DNA of 64,000 nt from Euprymna scolopes (taxonomy: Eukaryota), in NCBI GenBank assembly GCA_053919585.1, contig CM132786.1; one strand, given 5' to 3'. Every line of letters starts with the position of its first letter. Within the stretch, counting starts at the first letter, position 1. Under the pieces are notes generated by a model that was not told the DNA's origin, made no database searches, and saw nothing but the letters and a program-made list of their open reading frames with translations. Below are positions 1 through 13,833 of the stretch, in pieces. The translations under genes and the position numbers were made by a program.

Positions 1-1206
1 GATAAGGTATGGCATAAAGACCTAGTTCACAATATTTCCAGCTACGGTATTACTGGAAATGTTTTCTCAATCATTAAATAATTTCTCTCCGATAAGTTCA
101 TAAAAGTAGGGGTTGATGGGCAGAAATCAAGGGGCCACAGTATAAATGCTGGAGTCCCCTAGGGGTCCATACTGGGTCCAACTCTCTTCCTGATCTACAT
201 CAATGATCTCCCAAAACACATACTTAAATCATTCGTTGACACCTATGCTGATGACACGACCATCTATTGCAACACATCAAGGGCCGTAAATGTCTTCTCT
301 AATTCTCTCTCCTCTGATCTTGAGCACGTGGTACAATGGGGGAAGAGGTGGCTGGTCACTTTTAATGCATCCAAAATCAAGCTTCTATCTATATATCATC
401 AACGCTCAGATCGCCATCTGGCATCAATTGAAATGGATGGCTCTCGTCTTGGAGGGGCTCCATGTTTTGACAAGCTTCTGGGTTTGACCTTTACTCCTCA
501 TCTGAAATGGAACACATACATCCAATATGTTGCCAAGGGCGCTGGGAGAATGGTGGGATCCTTCTACCGCTCCAGAAGATATCTCACTACTGATGCTATT
601 CTATATCTGTATAAAAGCGAAGTACGTCCAAGGGTGGAATACTGTGCCACATCTTGACAGGAGCTGCTAAAAACAGAAAAAGCCTATCCTGCCTTGACAG
701 AGTACAAAATAGATTTCTTGGCGTATTGGGGGTGCCCTTTTCTCTTCCCTGCAACCTCTCTCTCACAGAAAAGACGTTGCGAGCCTGTCTTTGTTTTATC
801 GTTATTTCAATAGCAGGTGCTCGTCTGAGCTCCGATCCCTCATCCCCCCTTTCCAATCTTTCACGAGAAACCCCCGTCTTGCTGAAACTACTGCCAATAA
901 TTTTCCCCACTCTTTATCTGTGTCTAAATCCAAACGTAGATCCCATGAGCAAAGCTTCTTCCTTAGAACTGGACGCCAGTGGAACTCTCTGTCGCTTGCC
1001 TCTTTCCCACTAGACTGCAACTTTTACGTCTTCAAGTCCAACATAAACAAACTCCGGACAAACCGCCCCCTTAAGTAAGACACTCTATCAAAACCCCCAA
1101 TACTAATGAATACTACCATACTATCTCATTGATTATTGTACACGCAATAACGCTTATCCCTGAGTTGCCCTCGGGCCTTGATAAGCTATGCGCCCCATAT
1201 AAAAAA
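1..1206 (+). mobile_element. CR1-group (Daphne/L2-like) LINE, degenerate RT and 3' end with poly(A)
   Basis: Translates to RT motifs GVP*GSILGPTLFLIYINDL and YADDT, then RPRVEYC and FYRYFNSRCSSEL. Ends in the family 3' stem-loop (CTTATC..GATAAG, 1153-1185) and A6. Contains stops and frameshifts. Confidence 0.92.
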
Positions 1207-2325
1207 GTTATTTCCCAGATGTAGCAAGAGTTCTCAATCATTAGCCGTGCATGGCTTTCATACAGGAAGAGAATTGTATCAAGAGTGAGATATCTTCTGG
1301 AGCGGTAGAAGACCCCTACCATTTTTAATAGAGGTATTGCAACGGATTGGATGGATGTGCTCCATTTAAGATTGGGAGAAAAGTTCAAGCCAAGAAGCTT
1401 GGCAAAACATGCAGCCTTCTAAAGAAGAAAATCAGTCATTGGTTTCAAGTGACGTCAGATGAAGATCTGAGCGGTTATGATGTAAAGATAGAAGTTTGAT
1501 TTTCCATGCAGTAAAAATAACCATTTATCTCTTTCTCCATTGTACCACGTGATCAAAGAGAGAGAGATAGAGAAAGAGAGAGAGAGAGAGAGTCAACGAG
1601 AACTATGTCATTTACGGCCTTTGATGTGTTGCCAGAGATGTTAGTGTCGTCAGCATAAATTTCAACGAATGATCTTATCCTATTATTTGGAAGATCATTG
1701 ATGTAGATCAGCAAGAGAGTTGGGCTGAAGATGTACCCATCGAGACCCCAGCATTCACACTGTGCGCTTCTGATTTCTGCCCATCAATTACTAATCTCAT
1801 GAATCCATCCGACAGAAACGTTGTAATAATTGAGAATACATCTCCATCTACCTCATGGCTGTTTATCTAAAGAAGTAGACCTTTATGCCATACCCTATCA
1901 AAGTCAAGAGCAAATTCCCTAGAAGGAAAGTCTCTGTCAAGAGATTCGTTAATTCCCATAGACATAACCTTTGCATGTTACTAAGAACATTCTTTTGTAT
2001 TGTGGCTCACTACTATTTTTTATTAAGAATCCGGCAACTTACTCCTGACGCACCAGAGACTAATTGGTATGTGCTGAGAGGAAGATGACTGATTACCCGA
2101 ATTCTCAGATACTAGGCATACTGATCAGGTTTTCCAGATCGTTGGGAAGCAATTCCCATTAAGACAACGCCTAAACAGCTCTGTAAATACGGAAGTTAGT
2201 TCTGGTTGAAGCTCTTTCAGAACTATAATTGGAATGCCGGAAGGGCCAGTTGATTTAATGGGATCATTATTTTTTTACTAGCTTGGCAAGGTAACATGCA
2301 GATTGTTATATGTCGCATGCTACAA
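1207..2325 (-). mobile_element. CR1-group LINE RT fragment, inverted (tail-to-tail with the preceding copy)
   Basis: Minus strand gives STGPSGIPIIVLKELQPEL, a YADDT-like site and the ORF NFSPNLKWSTSIQSVA...FYRSRRYLT, all matching the 28-30 kb copy. Contains a (GA)n tract at 1557-1592. Confidence 0.88.
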
Positions 2326-2517
2326 ATTTTGCGTTTGAAATGTACATTAGGACTGTTTTATATTAGTTGGCATCTGACTCTTTTCAACACATGTAACAAC
2401 CTTCTTCCTGCTATTAAATGATCTAATTTTTCACTGAAAAAGCTTGATCGCAGATTATAGGAACGTGCCCTCATAGCTTTGGAGTAAAAGAATACTGTTT
2501 CGGGCTTAGAAATTAAT

Positions 2518-3736
2518 AATATTTCCTAAAGAATATATATATTGATTTCGACGGGGGTAAAATATGTTTCGACTGGGGAAAATATGTATCAGTCCGGGTC
2601 GTAAATATATGATTAAATAATCGACAAATTAATTTGGAATTGATTTTTTAATAAAGCAGAGATGTTGAAATCCAAACAGTCATGTAATAGAAATGCAATG
2701 CTCAAAATAAGAATATACGTCGTATACTCACCATACTAACCATATACGCTTTACAAGAAAATACAAAGAAATCTAGAAAACTATGCCATGGAGATACGCG
2801 TAACATGCATGCGATATAAAGCGTACGGTTAAATCATTGCAATTGCCAAGCCACTGCAAAGAAAAAGGGGTCTCTCCCCAGTGACTAAAATCTACTAACG
2901 CCTAAAACTATGATTACATATATACAGCTACCATTCGCTCATGCATAGGTTATTGTTGTAATATTTGGCCTGGGGCATCTGTTACTAGCCACTCTCTCCT
3001 CGACATTGTTCAAAGAGTGTCGCCAACCTGTGAGGTCTTAAACCGGCATCTAAGCATCACCCTTTGTCCCATCCATGAAATGTTGCAGCGCTCTTCCTTT
3101 AATACAAGTATTTTAATTTTGTGTGTCTTACGAACTACAAGCCCTGGTACGTCCTCGACATAAATATCTTCGACAAACTCGACAAGAAACTAAATCCCAC
3201 CTCTTCACAGTAATCACCGGTTTGTGTAAGAAAGCCTTCTACTCAGGCAGATGTTCAAATGTAATATGAAAAAACATCTTCCTGTTCATCTCCATTCATA
3301 ATATCCCTGTTACTTATGTCCACGAGAGGTAGTTTCCTTCTTCTTAATTGCGCTGAGCCTTGTTTGGGATGAAAACTGAATTTAAGAAAAAAATGCGCAG
3401 CTGGCGTAGGCAGTGCTTCGCTGTGAGAACAGATACTGATCTACAACATGTATCTGTAAACTAAGATGTTATATCGAGTTACGATGAAAAAACATTCCTC
3501 GATACCCAGGTTTATTAAATGAGTATTTCACGGGCTATTATTAACGTAGTGTTTAAATAACAATACTGTCTATTTTAAGCAAGACAAACCTTTAAACAAA
3601 ATATCGAGGGGACTGAAAATATTAGCGATTTGCTGTTTTCCGAAATACTTACTGAATATTTCCACTAGCGATCAAAATGATCGGTAAAATAAAACTAGTG
3701 GTACAGAGTATAAAAATTGATTGATTAAAGCGGTCA

Positions 3737-3797
<61 letters not shown>

Positions 3798-4037
3798 ATT
3801 TACTATATAGTTTGTAGTAAAGCCAATATAGAGAGTATGGTGAGTAAAAGGGATGTATTATTACTTGACCATTGTATTTCTCATATATGACTGTTTGCAT
3901 TTCAACATCTCTGCGGTATTACAAAATCAATTCAAAATTATTTTGTCGATTATTATTATTAAATCATATATTTACAACCAGAAACTGATACCTATTTTAC
4001 CCCAGTCGAAATCAATATCTCTCCTTTAGGAAATATT
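2518..4037. mobile_element. Non-autonomous element with ~230-bp imperfect terminal inverted repeats
   Basis: 2518-~2755 (AATATTTCCTAAAG..ATTGATTTCGAC..GCAGAGATGTTGAAAT..TACTCACCATACT) is the reverse complement of ~3812-4037 (AGTATGGTGAGTA..ATTTCAACATCTCTGC..GTCGAAATCAATAT..CTTTAGGAAATATT). No transposase ORF inside. Confidence 0.8.
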
Positions 4038-4069
4038 CATATAATATATATAATATATAAACACTAACA

Positions 4070-5235
4070 TAATAAAACTCCTGACCGAAAAACCATACGG
4101 ATTTAGGCAAGACCGTTCAACATCTTTACTGTAATCTCTAAACGTATATACCGTTCACTGGACAAAGCAGACGGCAACCCTCGGTATATCCAAGGCTTTT
4201 GACAGGGTATGACACGATGATTTTCTAAGGAAAATTAGATTACTGGAAGAATACATGATGTAATTAATCCTTCTGAATTAAGAGAGACATCCAAGTTGCT
4301 CTCGACAGTCGTACATCTAAAATATATGATATAAATGCGGGAGTACCTTAAGGGTCAATCCTTGCACATTTATATTTCTGATATCCATAAATGACCGCCC
4401 TGATAAAATTGTTTCGGAGTTGGCTATATTTGCTGATGACATCATCTTATTATAGGCACACGGACAAAACAAATAAACATATATGCAAGGAAATAGCAGA
4501 AACACTAGAGTTTGACATCCAATCCGTAGATGAATGGGGACAAAAATGAATGGTCACATTCAATGCTGCCAGGACTAAGCTTGCTGCTTTCAATAACTAA
4601 AATAAACCGACTTTACAACCAATAGCAATGGGGAAGGCCACATTAATTGAAAGCACTTCCTTTAAACTCCTAGACCTAACTTTTGCAGCGAACATAAACT
4701 GGAAAATATATTTTGAGAGCAGTGCCAACGCTGCTGCAAAGAAGCTGCGCTCTCTCTACTGTGCTAGAAAATTACTTACGCCTGAAGGTATCATGCACCT
4801 CAATAAGGCCCCCCTATTTTCCTATGTCTTGAGCAGTGTTGTAACCTTTGGCCTGAAGCATCTGCTGCATGTCTCTCACTCCTTGACAACGTTCAAAAGA
4901 TAGTCGCTAACCTGATACGTCCTGAACTGCCATCAAGTCTGCAGCCTCTGTCCGATCGACGAAATGTTGCATCCCTCTGCCTGTTCTATAAATACTTTAA
5001 TGGTGAATGATCTGACGAACTACAAGCACTTGTACCTCCTGGACGTGACTACCCCCTACACCCGACAAGCAACTAATCCCCACCTGTTTATTCGAGATAT
5101 CCCTAGGTGTAAGGAAGCCTCCTACTCACATAGATTATTCCCCAGAACTGCAATACTTTTGAACGCCCTTCATGGATTCTACTTTCCCAGCTGTACCGAT
5201 ATGCAGAAGTTTAAGTGTAATGTTAACAAACATCG
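4070..5235 (+). mobile_element. CR1-group LINE fragment, a more divergent second subfamily
   Basis: Degenerate YGFR, KAFDRV, FADD and SLQPLSDRRNVASLCLFYKYFNG motifs, ending FKCNVNKH. Confidence 0.85.
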
Positions 5236-5542
5236 TGCTACTAATCCCATAAATAATGCCCCTGCAACTTATATTCTATATAGTAGCCCTTTCCTTCAAA
5301 GTTATACTGTTNNNNNNNNNNNNNNNNNNNNNNNNNNNNNNNNNNNNNNNNNNNNNNNNNNNNNNNNNNNNNNNNNNNNNNNNNNNNNNNNNNNNNNNNN
5401 NNNNNNNNNNNNNNNNNNNNNNNNNNNNNNNNNNNNNNNNNNNNNNNNNNNNNNNAAACATGTTAAAAAACCCATGAAAAATAGTTAAAAACACATTTAA
5501 TCTGAAAAGGAAACATTTGATATGTGGATAGTCTTTAATCAG

Positions 5543-5582
5543 CGGAGTTTCGAATAAACAATTTCCTTCTCATCAGAGGGTA
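5543..5582 (-). ncRNA. Truncated hammerhead ribozyme motif (Penelope pLTR-like)
   Basis: Minus strand reads CCCT-CTGATGA-GAA(GGAAATTGTTTA)TTC-GAAA-CTCCG. Both core boxes and a GAA/TTC helix II are present; the UH and 3' helix I strand are missing. Confidence 0.5.
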
Positions 5583-5949
5583 GGAATTAGGAAAATACTG
5601 GATCGTATTTTACATACAAAAGTATTTGATGAAACAACAAGTAAGTCAAAGATCTTACTTGATAACAAAAAAGTGAAACAGAGGCAATATGGTGAAGAAA
5701 AGGGTGATTACACGTGAATGGATAGTCTGGTGAAAGATAAATAATCAAATAACGGTAAAATCGAAAATATAACTCCAATAAAGTTAATTGAATTCCCATT
5801 TGCACAAGGAAAATCTCAGGAAATCCCGTAATTGGAAGATCGTCCAAAATAATCCTAAGGCCGGAATTCGATGGAATAATTCACAAATATGTACAAGGGA
5901 AAAGGGGGAAATTCCAATAATATTAATAAAAGAAGAAAAATGTTTATTC

Positions 5950-6006
<57 letters not shown>

Positions 6007-6048
6007 AATGGTTGTGCATATAGATATTTATATACATATACGTATGGA

Positions 6049-6091
<43 letters not shown>

Positions 6092-6983
6092 TCATAACTT
6101 ATATGTATATATATTTAAGTAGTATGTACAGTTATTATTGAAAAACAAATTCGAAAGGAAATGTTTTTAAAAACAATAGGAAAATAAGTACATCAGCTCA
6201 GATGTATTTATTCTAAAACAAATTTTACGTTAATATTACAAACTCCGTCCGATTAATTCATTTTTACCTTCTATAGTTTAGATATTAAAAATTAAAACTT
6301 ATTTAGCTGGTGCTGAAGCTAATCTTAAGGTATTTTATCTCGTGCTTTGTGTATGATGGTGGAATGGTTGGTTAAAATTCAAAATCTAATATAAATTAAT
6401 GCGGAATATTAACATTTTAATGCAAATTGAGACTTTATTGTTAACTGGAGAAACATCAAACCATTTCTGAAATAAATGCATGTAAAAATTTTAACCAAAT
6501 CAAAATCTTTTTGTTAAGGAAATATAAGTTTTTTCACTTAATGTTACATGTCGTGGAATATAACGTTAGATAGTTATTAAGATGTTGGTCATATCAACAA
6601 GGCTTATTAATTAATAGAGAATTATTACATTATTTGCTACAGGTATAGGGTCATCGTTGTAAGCACACCATACAATAACACTAAAAAATTAAAACATTTA
6701 ATCAACACAAATAACGCATTTGTTTGTTATATTTTCAAATTGCAAAATGTTGAATTATTAATTTTCCCATTAAGCAGAGTAAAGAGAATATTTCTTTTTC
6801 TACAAATATGTTTTAAATTCGTCATAGTACGTTTATTATATTGCGTTCATTATATTCAATCTATAACTGAGAAAGTTAGTATATTAAGTATTTTTACAAT
6901 TTAGAAAAATCCCTACGTATACTATTAAAAAATTAGATTAACCTTTTATTTTCTCAAGCTTTCGTGTGGGTTTTTGTCAACAC

Positions 6984-6986
<3 letters not shown>

Positions 6987-7042
<56 letters not shown>

Positions 7043-7116
7043 TTAACATCATCATCATCATCATCAGAACCATCAGCAGCAGCATCACCATTATTATTAT
7101 TATTATTATTATTATT
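6987..7116. repeat. Compound trinucleotide microsatellite (AAT)n-(ATC)n-(AGC)n-(ATT)n
   Basis: Directly visible; it is the source of the poly-N, poly-D and poly-I ORFs. Confidence 0.95.
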
Positions 7117-7399
7117 TGATTCTCCTCGTCCTAAATTTATATTGTTCATCTTAATGTATAGAATTAATAGCAAAAAAAGGTTTCATTACTGTCATCTTCC
7201 CAAATGACTCGAAAATTGTCTAGATTTGGTGTCAATATATTGACACAGCATATGATTAAATATGTCCCTAAATACCACAGGAATCTGAAATAATTGTTCT
7301 TTATAATGTAGAATAAAGAACCTTATTTTAAACTGTATATGATTTATATTCCATTATAAGAGAAATGTTGCTTTATATGGCAAAATGTTTGTATTTTAA

Positions 7400-8525
7400 A
7401 TGTTCAGAACAGTAAGAAGTCAGTGTAGATTTTAGTTAATTGGGAAACTTCTATCTGTGCTTCTAAACAACTTTAAACAAGAACTGTGTTTGGTTAACTT
7501 GGAAAGTAATTGATGAGTTGAAATCTTGTATATAATCAGCACTGATTCTACTGCATCATGTAGTAATTTTATCTGTTTAAGAACATTAGCATAATACTGT
7601 TTAGATTGCTATGATGCTGGATAAAATTTAAGAAATTCTGGTAATATTCCAAGTGCAGCAATAAACGTTTTCGTGTTGCAGGGAAATATTCTTGATGAAC
7701 CACTTTCAAGTTAGATTCAGTTATAAAGGTTTTCCTGGGTATCGCTGAGCTTTGTAACTCAATTTGGCAACCATAAACTGCTTTGTGTTATTATTACCTT
7801 GGTCATAAAAAAATGCTAAGCCTGGAAGTTTTCATAAATATATACGTGAGGTGTAAACACTTTCAATGTTGCATTAGAAACAACTCTGTTGATGAGTTGG
7901 TAGTTCTCAAATGTCTATAATCAAAATACCTCATTTCCTTGAGCACTAGCTGCTGAGTGACAAGTATACCAGACCTGTGCATATACTTGGACATAGAATA
8001 AATTGAACTGCCGCTGACCGTCTATTTCATTTTAGACAACGTGAACTGAGATTGTATATTTATACAGTAGATGTCTTATGTCATAAACCGCGCTAAATGA
8101 CAGAAACCTGTCTTCCGTCCTTCTAACCTTCAAAATGTCTGGTCTTCAAACAATAATAGTGTCAGCGGTAGGAATTATTTGTCATAAACATGTTACTGGT
8201 ACACCTGGAGCTGTACGCGTACAAATGCAATGGGTTTATTTTATTTTTGAATACTGGAAATTTTGTTCTCCCTAATTCTCTGGTATTAAGGAGTTTTAAT
8301 GGTGCAACCTACTTGTGGACATCACGGAAAAGTTTATTCTGTGGTTCGCTTGTTGAACCCTTCAGGAGAACTTCAAATGCGTTTGCAGGTAGCTGTACAT
8401 AAATGTGATTACGGCAAAGGAATATGAGAAGTTGGCGTCATTGTTTCTGTTTAAACAGTGTCCTTGCACCAGAATGATTGCCTTTGTTGTCAGCGGTTCT
8501 ATCAAATTACATTGATGTAGGTCAG
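7400..8525 (-). mobile_element. hAT-superfamily (hATm-like) transposase pseudogene
   Basis: Minus-strand translation gives FDRTADNKGNHSGA (cf. FDTTASNTG..GA), LLIFLCRNHIY (cf. LACRHH), HLARFMT.DIYC (cf. HHARWMAKAIY) and IQDFNSSIT..QFLFKVV.KHR.KFP. Confidence 0.72.
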
Positions 8526-9459
8526 TTAATAATGTAATATTTTTTTTTACTAATGTTCACACGTTACAAAGCATATCGCTATCTGGTCGCAAGTGGCCAC
8601 TATTTGTCTAGGAATGATTAATACGATATTTGTTAATATAACATTTTAACTCCTTCATATCAGTACAGGCGGGGAAGCAGACAGCAGGAAGACGAATTTA
8701 AACAACTAGCACTTCGAGGGAAGAAACTATTAGATGAGACAGCTTTCTGGCACTTAAAGTTTTATACTCTAAATTGGAACTGACTCACCGATTTCTGAGA
8801 AAGACGTGGACATAAACTAAGGAATATAAAGTGTCTGATAATAAACAAATAGATGTGAAGTAGCAAACAATGAATCTTTAGGTATTTTAAGATCGAGCCT
8901 TTTAGATTTGACAATGACAAGAGAAACCTACAGATTTGATATTAACAATACAAATCTATAGATTACAAGAGACGGGCAGCTTCTGGGTTGCCAGGGATGG
9001 GAATGTCTTCAGATACCAACAGAGAATACAGTTAGTTGACATAGATCTATCAGTTGCGACGCATCAAACTGATAGCGACATATATGGACAATGTTTAGAG
9101 TTGCCTGCGGAACCGAGAAAGAGACGAATTGCGACTAACATACGATAATAACTTTGGTTGTACGCGAGGGTTGGACTATTGTTTCACACACACCCAGATT
9201 TCAACTGATATGTATGTGAATCATTGCCGTTATGTTTTTCGTGTATTTTTAACATTTCTACTTTGTGAAACGACGTGTGTTTCCTTCGACAGTCGCCAGC
9301 AAGAAAATAACGATCCGGCCATAAGAACAGCGAGCGAAAAACCACGGCACACGATGTTGGAAGTCGGCGATATTTTGGGGTCGCACAAGTCTGGTCACAT
9401 GGGACAATAACAGTAAAGACCGTAGAGCTTATTGCTAGTCGGATTTGTCAGGGACTTGA

Positions 9460-11900
9460 CTCATACTATCATGTCTCATTCCCCAACATTAGGGGCCAAC
9501 GTTCTAATCTTTCAGAGGTTAAAACGCGTTTTTAGGAAACTAAACCAGTCCTATTGTTTCTAAGCGAAACAGGCATTTGGACAGACGATTTTACTAGAGG
9601 AGTTTGTAATTAAAGGATGCTCTAACTTAACTTCAAAGTCCTACGCCCAATATCGCCATGGGCATGGAATATGTGCCTATATTAAAGATGGCTTTCCATG
9701 TGGTAGGGGCATCTCCAGAGAATATCCTAGCATACCGTATATGTGTTTCCGGGTTAGACTTGCTGTTACTACTGCATTCATATTTACTCTCTGTCACCCC
9801 CACAACAGCGTAAATTCTATCTTTAAAAGAACTATGTTCAGGCTCCGTTCTGTTTCCTCTTGGATCTTCTGACCATTATGGTGTATCAAATAAGATAAAA
9901 ATGAAATGTAACACGTCCTCAGACAACTCTCCATCGTACAGTACCTCGATACACTATGGCTGACTGTATATCAGATCAACCTTTTCCTCGTTTAAAAATG
10001 GTGTTTCTTCTATTGTATAAGACCTGACGGAATGGTTAATTATAGGTATATACCTTTTCTTACTCTCGAAAATATTTCAGCAAAAACCTAACAGACCACC
10101 ATGGTTCTCTCCAGAATCTGCTGATGACATTTCGCACAGAAATCGCTTCTTTTATTACTTCCAACGTAATAGATGTATGGAGATTAAAGCCGCTTCCAAG
10201 ACTGCCAGCAACAACTGTAAGAAGGTAATAAAGCACGCAAGAGTGGTGTATGCTCAATCCGTCAAGTCCAAAGTAGCTCAGATCCGGCTCAGTTGCCACC
10301 AGTTTTGGCAAATAGCAAACAGAATGCTGAACAGAAGCGTGTGCTCTCTCCCAAGTATCATCAAGGACCTGAGGTAATCTCGGAAGTATCAGAAAAAGCC
10401 AAACACTTTGACACGTACTTTGCAGCTTATTCTACCCTCTGCAACTAAGGCCGCCAACCTCAAATACTTCCTCCTATATGAGAAAACACGCTAGGTTATA
10501 TACAAATATATGTACGTAATGTTGCCAAGCTAATCGAAAACCTTGATTCAAGTATAGCAACCGGCCCTCGCGGTATTCAGTTACAGTACTCAAACAAACT
10601 CTAACCAGAACTATCGCCCATACTTTAAAAAAAAAACTGTTTAAACGTTGTCTTAGAGAGAATTGCTTCCCATCACCCTGGAAAATCTCATCAGTATGCC
10701 CTGTATTTAAGAATTCAGGTGATCGCTCATCTCCCTCTCAGTGCAGACCATATGTCTCCTGTGCGTCATGAGTGAGAATCTGTGTTATATAGAAAGTAAT
10801 AAACCATCTCAGCAAAAATAAGATTTTTAGTGATGTTCTGTTAGATCTACAGCAGATTAGCTTACATAGGATTAGCGAATCTCTCGACGGAGGCAATCTT
10901 TCTAAGGCAATGGCTATTGACATATCAAATACCTTCTACAGGGTACGGTATAAATGTTTACTTCATAAGATCTCCAGCTATGGTATAGCTGGAAATGTAT
11001 TCTCAATTATCACATAATTTCTGTCTGATAGGTTCATAAGAGTAGTAGTTTATGGAAAAAATCAGGAGTGGTTGGTTACTTTTAATGACTCCAAAAACAA
11101 GATCCTCTCTTTATATCGTCAACGTTCTGATCCAATCTGGAATCAATTGAAATTAATAGGTCGCGTTTTGCGGAGGCGTAATGTTTTGACAAACTTCTGG
11201 GTTTGAGCTTTACTCTTGACATGAAATGGAACGCGTACATCACATCTGATGCCAGAAGCGCTGGAAAAATTGTTGGAGCCTTCTATCCATCCTAAATATC
11301 TCACTGTGTGATGCAATTCTCTATTTCTATAAGAGCCAAGTACATCCAAAGATGTAGTACTGTTGACATTTCGGCTAGAGCTTCTTGAAAGGAGGCCATG
11401 CCTTGATAAAGTTCAGAATAGACATCATTGCTTCGTAGGACATGCCCTTTTCTCTTCCCTGCAATATCTATCTCACAGAAGAGATGTTGCGAGTTTTTCT
11501 CTGCTTTATCTGTAGTTTCGTAGCAAGTCATCGACTGAACATCGATCCATGTTCCCCCCTCGCCACACTTTCACAAGGAACACTGCTCTAGATGAAACCA
11601 TTATCAATAATTCTCCTCACTTTTTATCTGTGCTTGCACCTAAACGTAGATTCCATGAAAAGAGCCTCTTTCTTAGAAGTGCACGCCTGTAAAAATGCCT
11701 TCTGTTTTCCTGCTTTCCAGCTGACTAAAATATGAGTGTCTTCAGGATCCACGTAAACAAGTTCTTGATGAGCCCTTCCAGTTAATTTAATTTCCATTAT
11801 TAAGGATTACTATATTGTCCAATTGACTACTGAACAGTCTTAACCCTTATCCTCGAGTGGTCTCTGGGCCTGGATCAGTGGTGAATTTTCAGTGAAAAAA
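9460..11900 (+). mobile_element. CR1-group LINE, degenerate ORF2 from APE endonuclease to 3' tail, with internal deletions
   Basis: Start translates to NIRGQRSNLSEV and GHGICAYIKDGFPC (APE N-terminus). 10130-11050 is colinear with 28170-29130. 3' stem-loop at 11846-11878, then an A tract. Confidence 0.88.
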
Positions 11901-12166
11901 GAAAATTATTTGTTTATTTTCCTAATATAACGTTGTCGTTTGTTTTAAGCGCATTTGATGCGTATTTTATTTTATTCCAATTAAAACAACGTTTCTATAT
12001 GAACTCTCATAGTTGACGTTATTTACGCGTTGCCTACGCGAAGTTAAAACATTTCAACATACAACCGCTAGAAAAAACCGCTAGAAAAAACCGCTAGAAA
12101 CAACCGCTAAAAACAACGAGCTGCACTTTACTAACAGAAGAAAAAACAAAAAAAGAAAAAATATAA

Positions 12167-12205
12167 CACGCTGAAGATGGACTATACCTCTGAAATATAT
12201 TTGTG
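12167..12205 (+). ncRNA. Minimal type I hammerhead ribozyme motif (array copy, both core boxes intact)
   Basis: CACG-CTGAAGA-T-GGAC-TATAC-CTCT-GAAA-TATA-TT-TGTG. Helix I is CACG/TGTG, helix II is GGA/TCT, and loop 3 is the palindrome ATATAT. Confidence 0.7.
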
Positions 12206-12687
12206 ATCAATTTCAAACAAGTAAAATATCTGTTTATTTTCCTAATATTACGTTGTAGTTGGCTTTCCAGCGCACTTGATGTGTATTTTATATTATTCAA
12301 ATTATAACGACGTTTCTATATGAACTCTCATCCTTGACGTTATTTTCGCGTTTCCTATGCATAATTCAAACATTTAAAAATACAACCGCTATAAACAAAG
12401 CGCGGTTCTTTCAAAACGGACTTATTTCTCAAAATTTACAAAGTGGTTATGAAAATTTAAAGGAAAAAAGAAACAAAACCACGCACTGAAGATTTAATAT
12501 ACCTATTAAAATATTTGTAATAAATTAGACACAAGTAACATATTGGTTTATTTTCCTAATATTGCGTTCTAGATGGCTTTCAAGCGTACTTGATGCGTAT
12601 TTTATTTTATTCAAATAAAACAACGCTTCTATATTAACTCTCATATTTAACGTTTTTTCTCGCGTTGCTTACGCAGAGATAAAACAT

Positions 12688-13833
12688 GGTATGTCATAAA
12701 GGCCTACATGACAAGATCTCCAACTACGGTATAACTGAAAATGTTCTCTCTATCATTAAATCATTTCTCTCTGATGGGCCCATATGAGTAGTGGTTGATG
12801 GACAAAAATCAGAGGCTTGCATTATTAAGGCTGTAGTCCCTCAATGGTTAATCCTGGGCCCAACTCTCTTCCTGATCTAAATCAATGATCTCTCTAAACA
12901 CATGCTTAAATCATTCGTTGACAACTATGCTGATGACACGACCATCTATAGCAACACATCAAAGGCCGTAAATGACAAAGTTCTCTCTGATTCTCCATCC
13001 TCTGATCTTGAGCGCGTGGTACTGTGGGGGAAGAGGTGGTTGGTTACTTTTAATGCATCTAAAACCAACCTTCTATCTTTACATCATCAACGCTCTGATC
13101 CCCATCTTCCATCAATTGAAATGGATGGCTCTCGTCTAGGAGAATACCCATGTTTCGACAAGCTTCTGGGCTTGACCTTAACTCCTCATCTGAAATGGAG
13201 CACGCACATCAAGTCTGTTGCTAAGGTCGCTGGAAAGATAGTGGGATCCTTCTACCGCTCCAGTAGATATCTCACTACTGATGCCATTCTCTATCTATAT
13301 AAAACCCAAGTATGTCCAAGGATGGAATACTGCTGTCATATCTGTGCAGGAGCTTCTCAAAACCGCCTATGCTGCATTGGCAGAGTACAAAATAGACTTC
13401 GGGGCTTAGTGGAGCTTGCCCTTTTCTCTTCCCTGCTACCTCCCTCCCATAGAAGAGACGTCGCGAGCCTATATTTGTTTTACCGTTATTTCCATTGCAG
13501 GTGCTCGTCTGAACTCCAATCAGTCGTCTTGCTGAATACACTGTCCAAAACTTTCGCCATTCTTTATCTATGCCTAAATCAAAATGTAGATTCCATGAAC
13601 AAAGCTTCTTTCTTAGAACTGCACGCCTGTGGAACTCTGTTCGGTCTGCCTGCTTCAAACCTGACTACAACCTGAATGTATTCAAGTCCAACGTAAACAA
13701 ATTCCTGATGAACCGCTCCCTTAAGTAGAAACTTTATTAACTCTTAACACTACCGTACTGTACTTACAATAAGCCTTATCCCTGAGTGGCTTCCGGGTCT
13801 TGATAAGTGGTGAACACCTTGTAAAAAAAAAAC
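12688..13833 (+). mobile_element. 5'-truncated CR1-group LINE inserted into the HHR array
   Basis: Contains the 257-aa ORF 12902-13675 (YADDTT, PRMEYCCHIC, SHRRDVASLYLFYRYFH), the 3' stem-loop at 13775-13807 and an A11 tail. Monomer sequence resumes at ~13834 with about 25 bp missing. Confidence 0.93.

Noticed and set aside
8880-9150. RTE-like LINE 3' fragment
   Set aside because: The resemblance is too weak to support by eye.
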